A DNA stretch of 64,000 nucleotides from Lytechinus pictus (Eukaryota). The notes beneath the pieces are model-generated. The model was not told the DNA's origin and searched no databases. It saw nothing but the letters and a program-made list of their open reading frames with translations. The position numbers and the translations under genes were made by a program. Within the stretch, counting starts at the first letter, position 1. Each line of letters starts with the position of its first letter. Below are positions 12,701-25,554 of this stretch, piece by piece. The stretch spans positions 3,226,001-3,290,000 of the forward strand of contig NC_087251.1 of the NCBI RefSeq assembly GCF_037042905.1. Direction: 5' to 3'.

Positions 12701-15700
12701 ATCGCGAAGTGGGCCGATCGGGCTAAAATCTCGAGATTGAGCAAACTCGGGATGGTGCAGCACCGCCTAGTGAGTTAAGAACCTCTTGATCTATTGTTTT
12801 TTTCAGTCATGAAATTCAACTAATCAATCAAAGTTAATGTTGCTGTGGCAAGCTAGTTGCCACAGATTCAGATTAGGGAAAGCCGACACTGTCTGGAAAT
12901 AAAGTTTGTTCGTTATCTTTTTCTTGATATTTTTGTACCATGTTTGAATCTAAAGAACCTCTATTTTAGATAATCTGCTTTTCATGGAGAACAAGACGCC
13001 ATGTGTATAGAGGTCTTTAAATAGGACCTGTGATGTGTTTGGCAGATGGCTTTCAATGGTTGTTTTGCCATCCATTTTGAAGGCCAAAACTATGAATACC
13101 AAGTCTAATAATTGGTACAAAGGACAACAAGTTTAAACTTACATGTAGGTTAGTTTTATGAAATATAAATGATTTGCTGCTGCTTGGAAACTGATATTAA
13201 TACACGCTGTTTGTGACGTATTTTCATTCTCCTGAGTTGGGTAACAGTGTGATATTTGTAGACCTATTGATTACAGTCATTTGATTACACCTGAGATGAC
13301 TGACCCCATTTCTATTAATGAAAGCAGGTGCATTCTTTAATCAATATAATGCAAAATGGATTCATAAAACTTTTGATATGAAATGTATAATCTTGTTCTG
13401 AAGAGACGGTCAGTAAACGAGGCACATTTTCTTCTCTCTCTCTCTCTCTCTTTCTTGTTGCTTAAATATTGCAGTATGATTATAAAATCAGTTTGACTTG
13501 CAGCTGTCAGTGTTGATGCTCTTTACCTGTGAATTATTCATTGAAATTTTATTCATAAGCTCCATCATTCGAACCCAAATGAATTTGAAAATAAACAGAA
13601 AAATAAACAAGATGGAACAAATATTACACTGAAGTTTTTTTTTATAGTTGGATGTAAATTTGTTTTTATATTCATTAGTTGCACAAAGCAGTTTTGTACG
13701 CAACATGGGTGATATATGCTTTTTTATTAGTTTTATTTTTATTTTTAGTTTTATGAAATATTTCCTGGTTTGTAGATTTGATATTTAATACTATAGGCAT
13801 TGTAATATTTGATAAGAGTTGTTGATTTCACATATTCACGGAGAGCCAATCATTACAATTATTGAAGGAAAATAAAAAAATCAATATTTAATATAATGAA
13901 AACTGTGTAAAAACAGTATACGTGTCATCATCCACTCTGTCTTTAACCAAGTAGGATCCATGCTTTAACAAACTGCATGTAATGTAGTTGTATCAAGTGC
14001 TGTTTAAGCAAAAATTGAACTTCTTATTTCACATTAAAGTTGTAATGAAATTTCTAGCGTTGTATTTGTACAAGTCAGCTAAATCAACTATCCCCCCCCC
14101 CCCCCGCTTCCTGACTAAACCCTGTTTTACCACCAAACTTCTCAATACTGTAGCTTTGGTTTGGATCATTATTTGAAATGCTGATTCATGATTATGTTGT
14201 TTTTTTCATGATGAACAGTGCCTGACCTTTCACTTTAAGAGACAACTGACACATTGAGATACATGATGCCAGGCTGTGTTCAATTGGAGATTTATTAACT
14301 AGTTGTTTTGTCTTGCCTTTATTTATTAATTCAGGACTCTGTAGTATGTCTATAAAACTTTCCGAGAAAATTAAAAGATCAAAGTTGTTACAAGCAGATA
14401 AAGCTTCATTTATGGAATGATTTGCCAGATAGATTTTACATAATAGAAATTTCAAAATTTGTTTCCTTACAAGTGATATATCAGGCTTCTTTCCTTTTCA
14501 GAATGATAATTGCGGGTATTCAGTTGTAACAAACCAGACTTATTAAAGGACAAGTCCACCCCAACAAAAATATGATTTCAATAAAAAGAGAAAAATCCAA
14601 CAAGCGTAACACTGAAAATTTCATCAAAATCGGATGTAAAATAAGAAAGCTATGACATTTTAAATTTTCACCTAATTCACAAAACAGTTATATGCACATC
14701 CTGGTCGGTAGCAAATGAGGAGACTGATGACATCATCCACTTACTATTTATTTTGTATTTTATTATATGAAATATGAAATATTCTAATTTTCTCCTCATT
14801 GTCAAAGGAAACTACGATTTAATTCCTCCCTGAACATATGGAATTAACATTGTTTAATACTATATGGTTCAGTCAAGTTGGTCCTTATTGTTGAATATGT
14901 AAAAAATGAAATATTGTATATTTCAAACAATAAAAAACAAAAGAAATAGTGATTTTAATGAAATTTTCAGCGTTATGTTCGTTTGATTTTTCTCTATTTA
15001 TTCAAATCAACATTTGTCTAGGGTGGACTTGACCTTTAAAGCAAAGGTCACAGCCTTAATTCATAATCCCAGGTCTAGTCTGGTGATGATTTCCTTGTAT
15101 TTTGACTGGCCTTTATAGAGCTTACATGTAATTTACTGAACTAGATCATTAATCCACGGTATCTCCCAGGTCTCTGTCTATTGATCTGACTCACCACACA
15201 TGTTTTTGCGATCAGGGCCCTGTCTTACAAAGAGTTACGATTGATCTGATCAATGTCAACTATTGAAAGTGGGTAACATCAACATATAAAATGCATGTTC
15301 AAAATATTTTCTAGATGTGATGTATAATCATACATTCATTGTTTTCTTGAAAATTCAGTGCAACTCTCTGTTTACAAATACAAAGGACATCATGCTATTT
15401 TTTTGTAGGAAATAATTATGACATTGATGGATTAATTTCCATATATTTGAGATTGATCAGATTAGTCTTTGTAAGATGGGGCCCAGATCACAATGTCCAT
15501 AGACAAACATCTATTCATACAGTGTACATCTGAGCTCTTCTTGTTTAGATCCATTTAGCCAACATAATTTTCATTTTTGTATGTATTTGTTTGTCAGATT
15601 TGTTCACTTCTATTCATATATTTGTTTAATTTGTTAATTAATAAGGTTGTGAGGGGAATTAGTAGTGGGTACATACCAAAATTGTGGTTTGGTATAACTT

Positions 15701-18700
15701 TAAATGAATCATTCTGCACTCATGTGAAAACACTCTTCAATGAGAAAGCTTCATGAGTAAATTGAAAGTAAGATTTTTTTTGTTAAATGGAGTGTTAGTC
15801 ACATGGCTGTCACATGGTGATTTGTATTGTTCATTCTCTTTTGGTTTTGATATTGTAGCATAATGAGTTATACCTTTAAGATGTATTTCATAGTTTAATC
15901 GTAGAGGGCGATATTTTAGTTGTGATATGCTTTGCGATTATTGGAGAAGTACGTCAGTTCGCTGGGAGCTGCGGTGGCGTGCACGTTGGTGAATAGCACC
16001 TGGAGTGTGTGTGTTGGCGACAGCGTGGATAGCGCCGAGGAAGGGGAGCCTGGAGAGAGACAAGAAGAGAGCGCCTACGCACGTTGGTGAATAGCGCCCT
16101 GGATGTGTGTGGCGGAGATAGTGCCTACACACGTTGGTGAATAGCGCCCTGGATGTGTGTGGCGGAGATAGTGCCTACACACGTTGGTGAATATATAGCG
16201 CCCTGGATGTGTGTGGCGGAGATAGTGCCTACACACGTTGGTGAATAGCGCCCTGGATGTGTGTGGCGGAGATAGTGCCTACACACGTTGGTGAATAGCG
16301 CCCTGGATGTGTGTGGCGGAGATAGTGCCTACACACGTTGGTGAATAGCGCCCTGGATGTGTGTGGCGGAGATAGTGCCTACACACGTTGGTGAATTATA
16401 GCGCCCTGGATGTGTGTGGCGGAGATAGTGCCTACACACGTTGGTGAATAGCGCCCTGGGGGTGCGTGGCGGAGATAGTGCCTACACACGTTGGTGAATA
16501 GCGCCCTGGGTGTGTGTGGCGGAGATAGTGCCTACACACGTTGGTGAATAGCGCCCTGGGTGTGTGTGGCGGAGATAGTGCCTACACACGTTGGTGAATA
16601 GCGCCCTGAGTGTGCGTGGCGGAGGTAGCTCCTACACACGTTGGTGAATGGCGTATTGAGTGTGTGTGGCGGAGGTAGTGCCTATGCACGTTGGTGAATG
16701 GCGCCTTGGGTGTGTGTGGCGGAGGTAGCGCCTATGCACGTTGGTGAAGAGCGCCTTGAGTTTGTGTGGCGGAGATGGCGCCTTGAGTGTGTGTGGCGGA
16801 GATAGCGCCTATACACGTGGGTGAATAGCGCCTATTGAGTCGGTGTGTAGACGACAGCGTAGATAGCGCCTATACATGTAAATGTATAGCGCCTACGACG
16901 AGTGGCTATGAAGAATGGATCTGAAATTCCTTGCAGGATAAGTGCAGCATGGAGATGGGGATCTCTGAACGTCGAAGAGAAGTACTTGTTGGATATGCAG
17001 ATACTAGCAACGAGGGAACTGGAGCTGTCCTATGTTGGGAAGGAGCAAGTCATATCCTATGCTAGTGGGGTACTGCATTCAGAAAGCAGAGAAAAATCTA
17101 CTATGGGGCTCAAAAGGAGTCATGGGCCATGGTAGTATTTCGGAGCTGCAACAGAACTTCTATGGGCGGAGATCAGGACGGATCATCGGGCACTTGGTTG
17201 GATCTTTGCAGAGGCAAGGGTGGTTGCCGTGGAACTTGACATCAGCAATGAGCAGATACCAACAGAAAGAACCTTCGATCAGGAAGATCTTGGAAGCAGA
17301 GCATCAGTCAGTCGACCGGCCCGATTGGTCAACGGTGGCTTCAAAGTCTAGTGTGGAGAAGTCCTATATTGGAGGATGCACAGCTGGAGATGAAGCAAGA
17401 CATACTCTTCAGGAAGTAGGAGTGTGACCAAGGTCGGAATGTAACCTGGCATGTGATGTTGTTCTTCAGATAGATAGTTCGAAGGAATTGCGTTGGATGC
17501 ACATCCGCTGATTGTTATGACAGGGTAACGCCTTGGCCTCCAAAGAAGTCTTTGTAGAGAGAGATCGAGATGACGAAAAGTAGTTCTAGACATGCGCCTT
17601 GAAGAAACCCCCCAAGAAGGAATCGTCTAGCACTATAATAGAAATCCGCAGAATAGATATTGGACAGAACTTTCGCTATATATTACTTTGTGCCAGAAAC
17701 AGTCAGACTCTGACGCATTTGAATTTTGTATTCAACATGTTGTTTTATGCCTTGATGTATGCTTTATATTTTTGCTTCCATGTTTTCCTTTTCCTCTTTT
17801 CTAACCTTTCTTATGTCATTCTCATCTTGACATTTTCTGATCTCAATACAACTCTGTATGCTCTTTCTATCTATTTCTGTATATAGATTATTTTGGTTGT
17901 TAAGAACGGTACTTCCTTTATGTACTATGCCAATGTATATACCTGCATACTTTTAACGATGTTTTAATGTTTTATTTTCTTCTTTGGAAGAGCGAGATAA
18001 CATTTAAAGAAATTCATTTTTATGTTTTGTTGTTAATATACCTGGTCCGAGGACAGCCCAGACTTGGGGAGGGGCTGTGTAGCATAATGAGTTATACCTT
18101 TAAGATGTATTTCATAGTTTAATCGTAGAGGGAGATATTTTAGTTGTGATATGCTTTGCGATTATTGGAGAAGTACGTCAGTTCGCTGGGAGCTGCGGTG
18201 GCGTGCGGTTGTAAGATGTAAGCTCCGAATAAATCAAGTTGAACTGTATACTGGATATCTCCCAGGTTGCTTCATTTGCATGATTTAGGGTGAGTGAGCG
18301 GGTGATCTGGTGTATTTCAGAGGAGCGAGAGAGTGTACCACGTTGCACAATATACTTTTGTGAGCGAACCTGCCCCAAAAGAGATATAAAAGTGAGGAGA
18401 AGCGTGGACCGGGTTCTGGAGACTGCGAGACGGCAGAACGCTACCCCGACAGAGCCCGGTTACGCCACAATATTCCAACTCCCCAAAGAAATACAAATTT
18501 AAAGGACAATTCCATCTCAAGAAAAAGTTAAATATAGTAAAAAGAGAAAAATCCAGCTAGCATAATGCTGAAAAATTCATTAAATTTGGATGTAAAATAA
18601 AAAAGTTATGACATTTTAAAGTTTTGCTTAATTTTACAAAACAATTATATGCCCATCCTGGTAGGTATGTAAATGAGGGGACTGATGACATTAATATTTA

Positions 18701-21700
18701 TTTTGTATTTCATTATATGAAATGTGAAATATTTGAATTTTCTCCTCATGTTCATGTGAAATTAAGATTTATTCCTCCCTGAACATGTGGAACTACCCTT
18801 GTTTTAACATTTTATTGTTCAGTCAAGTTGGTCCTTATTAAATCTGTAAAAATTATTGAAATATTTTATAATGTAATTCAAACAATAACAAACAAAAGAA
18901 ATAGTGAGTGAGGGACATCATTGACTCATTTACATATCACTGAGTTGTGCATCTAGGCCTACAACTGTTTTGTGAAAAATAAGTTAAACTTAAAAGTGTC
19001 AACTTTCTTATTTTATATCCAATTTTGATAATATTTTCAGCGTTATGCTTGTTTGATTTTTCTCCATTGATTCAAATCAACATTTTTCTGGGGTGGACTT
19101 GACCTTTAAGGTAAGAAAGTCAGCAATCAAGTTTATTATTTTATTTCTCATCCCAGACCCCCAATAAGGTATATTTCACAGGATGAGTTATTTACTAAAT
19201 CCCTCTTTATTTTTCTTTTAAACTGATAGAGCTATTTACAATACTTATTTAATAAAGCATGGTTTAAGCTGAAAATTTTAGGATGTAGTTTTTATTTGTA
19301 GCTCCCTAATATGCGGTCATTGTACTTTTGATACTTGTAAGTTTAAAATTCATATTTTCACAAGGAGTGAATGGATAAAATGTGATTCAATGGTCTATCA
19401 GTGACTACACGTTTTACAGACTGTAATGTCATAGATGTAGATGATAGTCCAGTTGAACTCTCATTACTGAATCTACCAAAACTTCAGAGGGATTTAAAAA
19501 GACAACCTTGGTAGAATAATGACGTAGAATAAGAACTTTAACTTTATGAAACTCAAGTATATGTTTATTAATTTTAGCTAGAGAAATGTCAATGAGCAAA
19601 AAATATTGGGTTATTACTTATTTCAACCAATGAAACCTTACAAAGAATGATGAAATGATTCATTGACATTCGCCAAGCTTACATTTGCTGCCTTGTTTCT
19701 GCTCTGCTCATGAAGTCAAACACCAAGCCTGATATTTAGAATTCTTCACGCTCACATTGTTCTGAGCATAAAACCAGACCTCTGATCCTAACCTTATGTC
19801 TTTCAAGAAATGAAGTAACAAGTGATTTTTGTAGAAGCAAATATAAATGCTACTCATCAAATTGATAATGATGCACCATACTGAATAAGTATAGCAATTA
19901 ATTGGATGCTGATTTTAGATAATGATTAATGCCTTGACCTTTCACAAAAGTTATCTGTACCAGCTTACGTTGAGATATCAAGAGAATGAAGAGATGCTGT
20001 GTCTAGAGGTGTATCTCCCTTCTCATTTGTTTGGTTGGTTGATTGTGTTCTACATGACTGTACATTCAATAACATGATACAAAACAATATAATATCACAG
20101 AAAATGCATACAAACACATTTTCATTATACATGCATGAACACTTTGTCTTTTCTTTGATATGGAAAAATAACTTTTTAAAACACAATTACCATAGGCAGG
20201 AGACAGTCATGAGGGGGCTGTTTGATATTAATGGAGACTTTAAGTGTGTATCCTTATGTACATATATGAAAAGGATCACTTCATTATATCACTCAAATTA
20301 ATCCATTCTTTCACTGTTAGATTTTTTTTCTACATGTAATAAAACAAAATATTTGTAAGCTCACTATATTTTTGTCAATCAAATAACTATTTAAATTGAA
20401 TGTAGTAGATTTGTTTTCAATTACTGGTAGTATTATCAAATTAATTATTTTTGTATATATTTTTGTTTTCTTCTACAGTCTTGGCACAACAAAGAAAGGA
20501 ATTGGCCCGACGTATTCTTCTAAAGCCAGCAGGACTGGCATTCGTGTCTGTGATTTGATGGGGGATTTCAAAGTCTTTGAAGAGAAGTAAGTTGGATCAT
20601 CTAAAAGTAATAATCTGTAATCACTACTGGCCCGTATTCTGAACTCTGTTTAACTATGGGTAGTCAATTGAAACACAAATCTTTAACAATACTGGGTAGA
20701 TATATAAGTGCATGTCTTACTCAGGTCATTGATAAATGTTGGCGAATAATAACAATAAGTTTTCCTTGCCATTGTATGACAAAAAAGCATAGTGAACCTA
20801 AGAAACATCTACAATGTTCATAAAATTTTGATATTTTCAGCTTCTCATAATTTTAGCACAGAGTTTAGAACATGGCCTATAAACTGTGCTTCAGATTACA
20901 GGCTACTGTGCTTTAGATGCTCTGTGAATAATGCAATCATGTCTTATTAGTATTGCTGAATATCCACATGCCTGTTCATCTATATTTTATTACTTTGATG
21001 TTTGTTCATATAAACAGAACTGATGAAGATATTACAGAAGTTGTACAAATGTCTACGAAACGAGTATGCTGAAACTACTATCATTGAAGAAAATTATTTT
21101 TTGTTTTATTTCATGCATAAGCAGGAAAAGTAATTTACATCTGTGGTTACTTTCTCACTTGCAGTGCAATAGAATATGTAGAAATTGTTTTTGCACTATA
21201 TAAATGCATATATCATCATCATTATTATTATCATCACAAACATGCAGCTTTTAGCTTACAACTTTGTTGTAACAATGGTGGTGGCAAGGTGCTTTTAATG
21301 CACTTGTGTACATGCCTAACTTTGCCAAACTGATATTTATAGTGGATTTGCAAGGGCATGCACAACTCCTTTCATGATGCAAGCACTAGGTCATTTTATT
21401 TGAACTTGATTTTATGAAATAATAAACTGAGGTGCAGTAGAAAGGTAGTTTTATGTTGAAATAAATATTTAAAAATTTTCTGTAAAATTTTGTGACTTCA
21501 GAGAATCTTATTAACGACTTGATGTTTTCTCTCATAGGTTTCGAGCACTGGTCAATATTCATCAGAAACTGTTTCCTCAACTTGAAGTCGATGTGGAGTC
21601 TGAACTACAGAGATATAAGGTGAAGACCTTCAGTTTGAAATGATAGTGAAATAGGAAGTGGAATGTTATGATAGTGATCTTTCTTGGAAATGAGTGTGGT

Positions 21701-24700
21701 CATGAACAGGATCATCACATTCTTGACTTGTTGAATTAATCTCAGTTGGTCATGAAATTTGCCCTCTACTCTTAATCATGTTCTTAATACATGTTTCTAA
21801 AGAGGGTAAAAGGGAATTGATTTATTAACAATTACTGGTGTACACACTTAACCTAGTTTCCGGTGGCTAAGTGGATTTTGACCATTTGCCTAGTATTTCA
21901 TTTTGATTAATACAAATTATGATCGGTGATCAATAGTTATGGTTTTGAGGTTGAGGTGATTTGTCAAATAACAAGGATTCTTATTTATAAAATCAGTCTT
22001 ATTTGAGGATTATAATTGCTGATACTAGTACCCTTTGAGACAACAACACAAAACTTCTAAATTTCCACTTTGTTTATAATATCTTCAATTATCAGCCATT
22101 GAATTCATTTTACTTTTGAAATGGAATTGAAGTAAATTGAATGCTGGAATAAAGATTTACTTGGAAGCATTTTAGTGTGATAAAATTGAATTATATTGCC
22201 TATTTGAAACACCATGATACAGAATTATGCTGAAGAGATCAAGCCTATGGTGTGTGATACAGTCTTTCTAATGGATTCACTACTCAAAGAACCTGGTAAA
22301 CGGATCTTGGTGGAGGGTGCCAATGCTACCATGCTTGACATCGACTTTGGTGAGAAGTTTGCTCTGTCACTCAATACATTATTTTTTAAGATTAAGCAGA
22401 CTAATGTCTGATTTTGATCAAAGCAGGTCATTCACTGCTCATGAAAATAGAGTTTGGCTTTTGCTGGATCTTTACATGAAATTTTGAATGTTGAATATCT
22501 TCAAGCTCTTGCAGGTGTTTGGTTTCTTTATGATAGTATGTGTACTAAAAAAATATTTTGATTACCTGATATAGACAAATTAACATTTTTCTGTGTGGAA
22601 AGTTGAGTTTTTTTCAATGTATTTGTTAAAAAGTTTCCATGTGTCTAATGGACCAAGATTCTTTTCTGAAGTATTTCTAAACCAAAAATTATTTTTTTAT
22701 GTATACTGTCATTTTGCATTGCAATTATATCTGTGAATAAGCTTATGTAGCCTTCCTTCATTCTCTAACATGATATATATTTTTCTATATATTCTCTATT
22801 CTAGGAACGTATCCATACGTTACATCCTCAAATTGTTCAATAGGTGGTGTTTGTACAGGGTTAGGTGTTCCACCTAGGAGTATCGGTGAAGTATACGGTG
22901 TAGTGAAAGCTTATACTACCAGGGTAGGAGATGGTGCCTTTCCAACAGAGCAGCTGAATGTAAGTAGGATTTGGGTTTATGAGTGATTCCTATATCTCAA
23001 TAATATTCAGAGTATCATGAAGCAAAGATTCGTCTCTGTTTTAGATATTTATGTGTGCCATTTCACAAAATCACACTGTATATGTTATTTTACCTTTAAA
23101 TATTACCATCAATTGAAGGGGTTTCAGGCTTTGTTTAAGGTAGCTGTTAGGTTCTTTTCAGTTTTGCTTGTAGAAGCTCATTGTTTAGATATGTTGTTGT
23201 TTTTCAGTGTTGTCTATGAAGCTAGAGTATATGTTTCCTCTTTTCATGAGATATTTGTTACAGGATTTCTGTAAATAATAAAGAGATTTATAAAAATTGC
23301 CCAATGAATATTGAGACAATAGAAAAAATTCCATTTCACCATGAAAATTGAAGCATGTTTTAACTACCCAACCAATTAATTTGAATGTATTTATTAAGGC
23401 TTGTAATGAGAAGAAATGCAGAGTATCCTTCAGTATGTAGACAATACAGATATTATGAATCGTTTGACTTCTTTGATTGAGTAATGTGCACTAGGATAAT
23501 AATGCCTTTACCATTCTCTCCCTTTCTTTCTTTTTAAATTATTTATTTTAACAGGAAATTGGAGATCTGTTACAGAGCACAGGCCAAGAGTTTGGTGTAA
23601 CGACAAAGAGAAGACGACGATGTGGTTGGTTAGATGTGGTTCTTCTTAAATACGTCCATATGATCAATGGATTTAGTGCGTAAGTACATGTAAAAAAATC
23701 ATTAGAGATTCAGCATTGCATTATGCTTGGTTTGAATGGTATTAAAAGATTGTAGAAGGGGTTCAAAACATCACTTGAGAGAAATTGAATTTGTTATGAG
23801 ACAGACAAATTAATCTAGTTTTTGTGAAGACCTATTTAAGTGCAATTCCATGATATTGTTTATATCCCCCCTATATGTGGGATTTTTAACATAAATTTCG
23901 TGATTCATCACTGCTTTCAAATTATATGATATTTTTTCTCTTCATGATATATTTTTTTGTGTTTCTATTGCACTGATTTAAATCTAATAAAAAAAAGTAT
24001 CCTTTTGATTATGAGTGGGGGAGCATCTCTTGAAGAATTATAATCTGCACATCAACTGTAGTTTGAAAATATTTAATTGTTGCTTTCCATGGTTCACTCA
24101 TACATGACTAACAGTTTTAGGAAACATTCTAAGAATTGAACATCTTGAAAGCAGATGCAAACGTTCGTATATAATAGAAGTACTTTGAATAATATGTTCT
24201 TGTTTGTTTTTATAATCCCTGACAGACTTGCTATGACCAAGCTGGATATTCTAGATATCTTTGATGAGATTAAGATTGGAGTCAAATACCTTGTCAATGG
24301 AGAACCTCTCGCTTCATTTCCAGGTAAAAACAAAATGAAGGATTCCGCTGTCCATAATCATGAATTGTTACTAATTTTATAACTCATTCTCTCATTACAT
24401 AGATGTAGTGTCAAATACAGGGAAAATAACAATATCCTTAAAAAAAGACCAGTTTTCCAATAAACACTCAAGAACTTTCAGTTTGGTTCTTTGTGGCCAA
24501 TCATGACTCGTAGGTTGCCAGATGATTTTTCCTTGCAAGGTATACTTATTTTGTGTCAACTCTATTATTTTATTGTTTGTATAATCTGGGATGTCCAACA
24601 TATATGCAAAATACCAAGAAGTTTGTGATTTTATCTGGTCTACCAATTAGAAAACAAAAAGAAATGGATCTGTAACACACAGGTCATTGGTTGACGATAC

Positions 24701-25554
24701 TTCTTTTATTTCTCTACAGCCCATCAAGATGTGTTGAAGGAGGTTGAGGTTGAATATGTAACTATGCCTGGATGGAAGACTAGCACTATACATGCTAGGA
24801 AGTTTGATGAGCTTCCAGTTAATGCACAGAAATACGTCCTCAAAGCACAAGAACTCATTGGTATCCCAAGTAAGTAATTCTATTTGTTACCGACACATGT
24901 CAAGATACTTGTATGTCCTGTCACAGGTGCAAGCTTAATAAGTAAATTGAAAATTTATTGATTTCAGGTTATTATTAACAAGATGCTATTTCTTTCAGTT
25001 GTGCGAGCTACTTCCAAAATCTTAGGTTTAGGAGAGCGTACCTTTTTTTAAAGTAGAATTCTATCTGCAAACAATATCAATTTAAAGTTAATTTCATTTG
25101 TTGTAGCAATAATAATCATTTCTTTTATTTACAATGAGTAGCCATATCAATAAGTTTCTCCCAGCATACCTTGCATAGTATAATATGTTATTATCTTTTT
25201 TTCAATATAAAAGCTTACCAAGGCTAGAAGGCAAAAGGTCTTCATGTTTGCTACCATGATGCAAAATGTTCTCTTTCTTTCTTTGTCTTGTTCTGCACTG
25301 AGCTCCTGATGTCTTAGGAATGTTTTCTGATGGTTTATGATCCCCATTCAATCAATGTTCCCCTTATCTATATTTTCATAAGAAATTGCATTGATCCTAT
25401 TATTTTATCTCTTCTCTTCTTATGCAGAAATTATAGATTCTTCAAGACTTCATAATAAACATTGTATTTTTCTCTTTTATTTGCCATTTTTTGTTTTACA
25501 GTTAAATGGGTTGGAGTTGGCAAGAGCCGTGATTCAATCATCAAGCTTTTCTAA
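6696..25554 (+). CDS. ADSS: Adenylosuccinate synthetase, 5'-partial multi-exon gene (11 exons in window, 392 aa + stop)
   Basis: Exons 6696-6798, 7236-7349, 7655-7718, 20479-20586, 21538-21619, 22223-22349, 22805-22959, 23555-23679, 24226-24323, 24720-24869, 25502-25554. All introns are GT-AG and phases are consistent. Motifs: [67 protein letters not shown]. The exon with the GAQWGDEGKGK P-loop was not found and presumably lies upstream. Confidence 0.97.
7236..7349 (+). CDS. ADSS: ADSS exon ([16 protein letters not shown]...RISDRAHL)
   Basis: tgtag| ... |gtgagt, 114 nt. Confidence 0.95.
7655..7718 (+). CDS. ADSS: ADSS exon ([22 protein letters not shown])
   Basis: ttttag| ... |gtaagg, 64 nt. 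Confidence 0.93.
8628..8768. repeat. Perfect 69-bp tandem duplication
   Basis: tcttttcgtggatatcgcaaattatgatataatgataatggtatatttacccagggtagccacttcagt x2. Confidence 0.92.
8985..9780. mobile_element. Two head-to-tail MITE copies (8985-9355 and 9357-9780)
   Basis: Each copy is bounded by an approx. 32-bp TIR gaagag..gttgcaaaaggggttaggtcca / tggacctaaccccttttgcaaccaaactcttc. Confidence 0.8.
11890..12767. mobile_element. Non-autonomous TIR element, PIF/Harbinger-like
   Basis: TIR core ctgcaccatcccgagttt / aaactcgggatggtgcag; flanks taa / tag; CpG-rich, with repeated tggtgcagacg and ctcgagatt motifs. Confidence 0.7.
14547..15035. mobile_element. TTAA-flanked MITE (Kolobok/piggyBac-type ends)
   Basis: ttaa|aggacaagtccacccc ... 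gggtggacttgacct|ttaa; related copy at 18503-19105. Confidence 0.85.
15216..15483. mobile_element. MITE with CAG-type 3-bp flanks
   Basis: ggccctgtcttacaaagag ... tctttgtaagatggggcc; related copies at 61752-62020 and, degenerate, near 59470-59752. Confidence 0.75.
15854..18469 (+). mobile_element. Internally deleted LTR retroelement (Gypsy-like), no intact gag/pol
   Basis: 4-bp TSD ATAT. 5' LTR remnant 15854-15982 matches 18078-18206 with one mismatch. Full 3' LTR 18078-18469 (TGT...ACA, internal AATAAA). Polypurine tract ggggagggg just before the 3' LTR. Confidence 0.88.
16070..16835. repeat. 50-bp minisatellite, about 14 copies, inside the LTR element
   Basis: Unit acacgttggtgaatagcgccctggatgtgtgtggcggagatagtgcctac, period 50 with two small indels. 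Confidence 0.95.
18503..19105. mobile_element. TTAA-flanked MITE, same family as 14547-15035
   Basis: ttaa|aggacaattcca ... ggggtggacttgacct|ttaa, colinear body. Confidence 0.85.
20479..20586 (+). CDS. ADSS: ADSS exon ([36 protein letters not shown])
   Basis: ctacag| ... |gtaagt, 108 nt. Confidence 0.96.
21538..21619 (+). CDS. ADSS: ADSS exon ([27 protein letters not shown])
   Basis: ctcatag| ... |gtgaag, 82 nt. Confidence 0.93.
22223..22349 (+). CDS. ADSS: ADSS exon ([10 protein letters not shown]...[13 protein letters not shown])
   Basis: atacag| ... |gtgaga, 127 nt. Confidence 0.94.
22805..22959 (+). CDS. ADSS: ADSS exon ([20 protein letters not shown]...[18 protein letters not shown])
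   Basis: ttctag| ... |gtaagt, 155 nt. Confidence 0.96.
23555..23679 (+). CDS. ADSS: ADSS exon ([27 protein letters not shown]...INGFSA)
   Basis: taacag| ... |gtaagt, 125 nt. Confidence 0.96.
24226..24323 (+). CDS. ADSS: ADSS exon ([32 protein letters not shown])
   Basis: tgacag| ... |gtaaaa, 98 nt. Confidence 0.95.
24720..24869 (+). CDS. ADSS: ADSS exon ([18 protein letters not shown]...LPVNAQKYV...IGIP)
   Basis: ctacag| ... |gtaagt, 150 nt. Confidence 0.95.
25502..25554 (+). CDS. ADSS: ADSS last coding exon ([17 protein letters not shown])
   Basis: ttacag|, TAA at 25552-25554. Confidence 0.95.

Noticed and set aside
12002..12763. ORFs inside the Harbinger-like element
   Set aside because: Short, no transposase motifs; element too small to be autonomous.
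16070..16835. Regular 50-bp repeat array resembling a CRISPR array
   Set aside because: Units are contiguous with no unique spacers, there are no cas genes, the context is eukaryotic, and the array lies inside an LTR element.
16902..17593. ORFs of 77-131 aa within the LTR element
   Set aside because: No recognisable gag, protease, RT or integrase motifs, so no product can be assigned.
21021..21073. TGATGA...CTGA pair suggesting a C/D snoRNA
   Set aside because: Too short, with no terminal stem or recognisable guide.
25308..25320. Isolated CCTAAGACA match (also partial matches near 36910, 41019 and 46415)
   Set aside because: No partner GACGGGTAAGA motif or closing stems; several are antisense to the host transcript.
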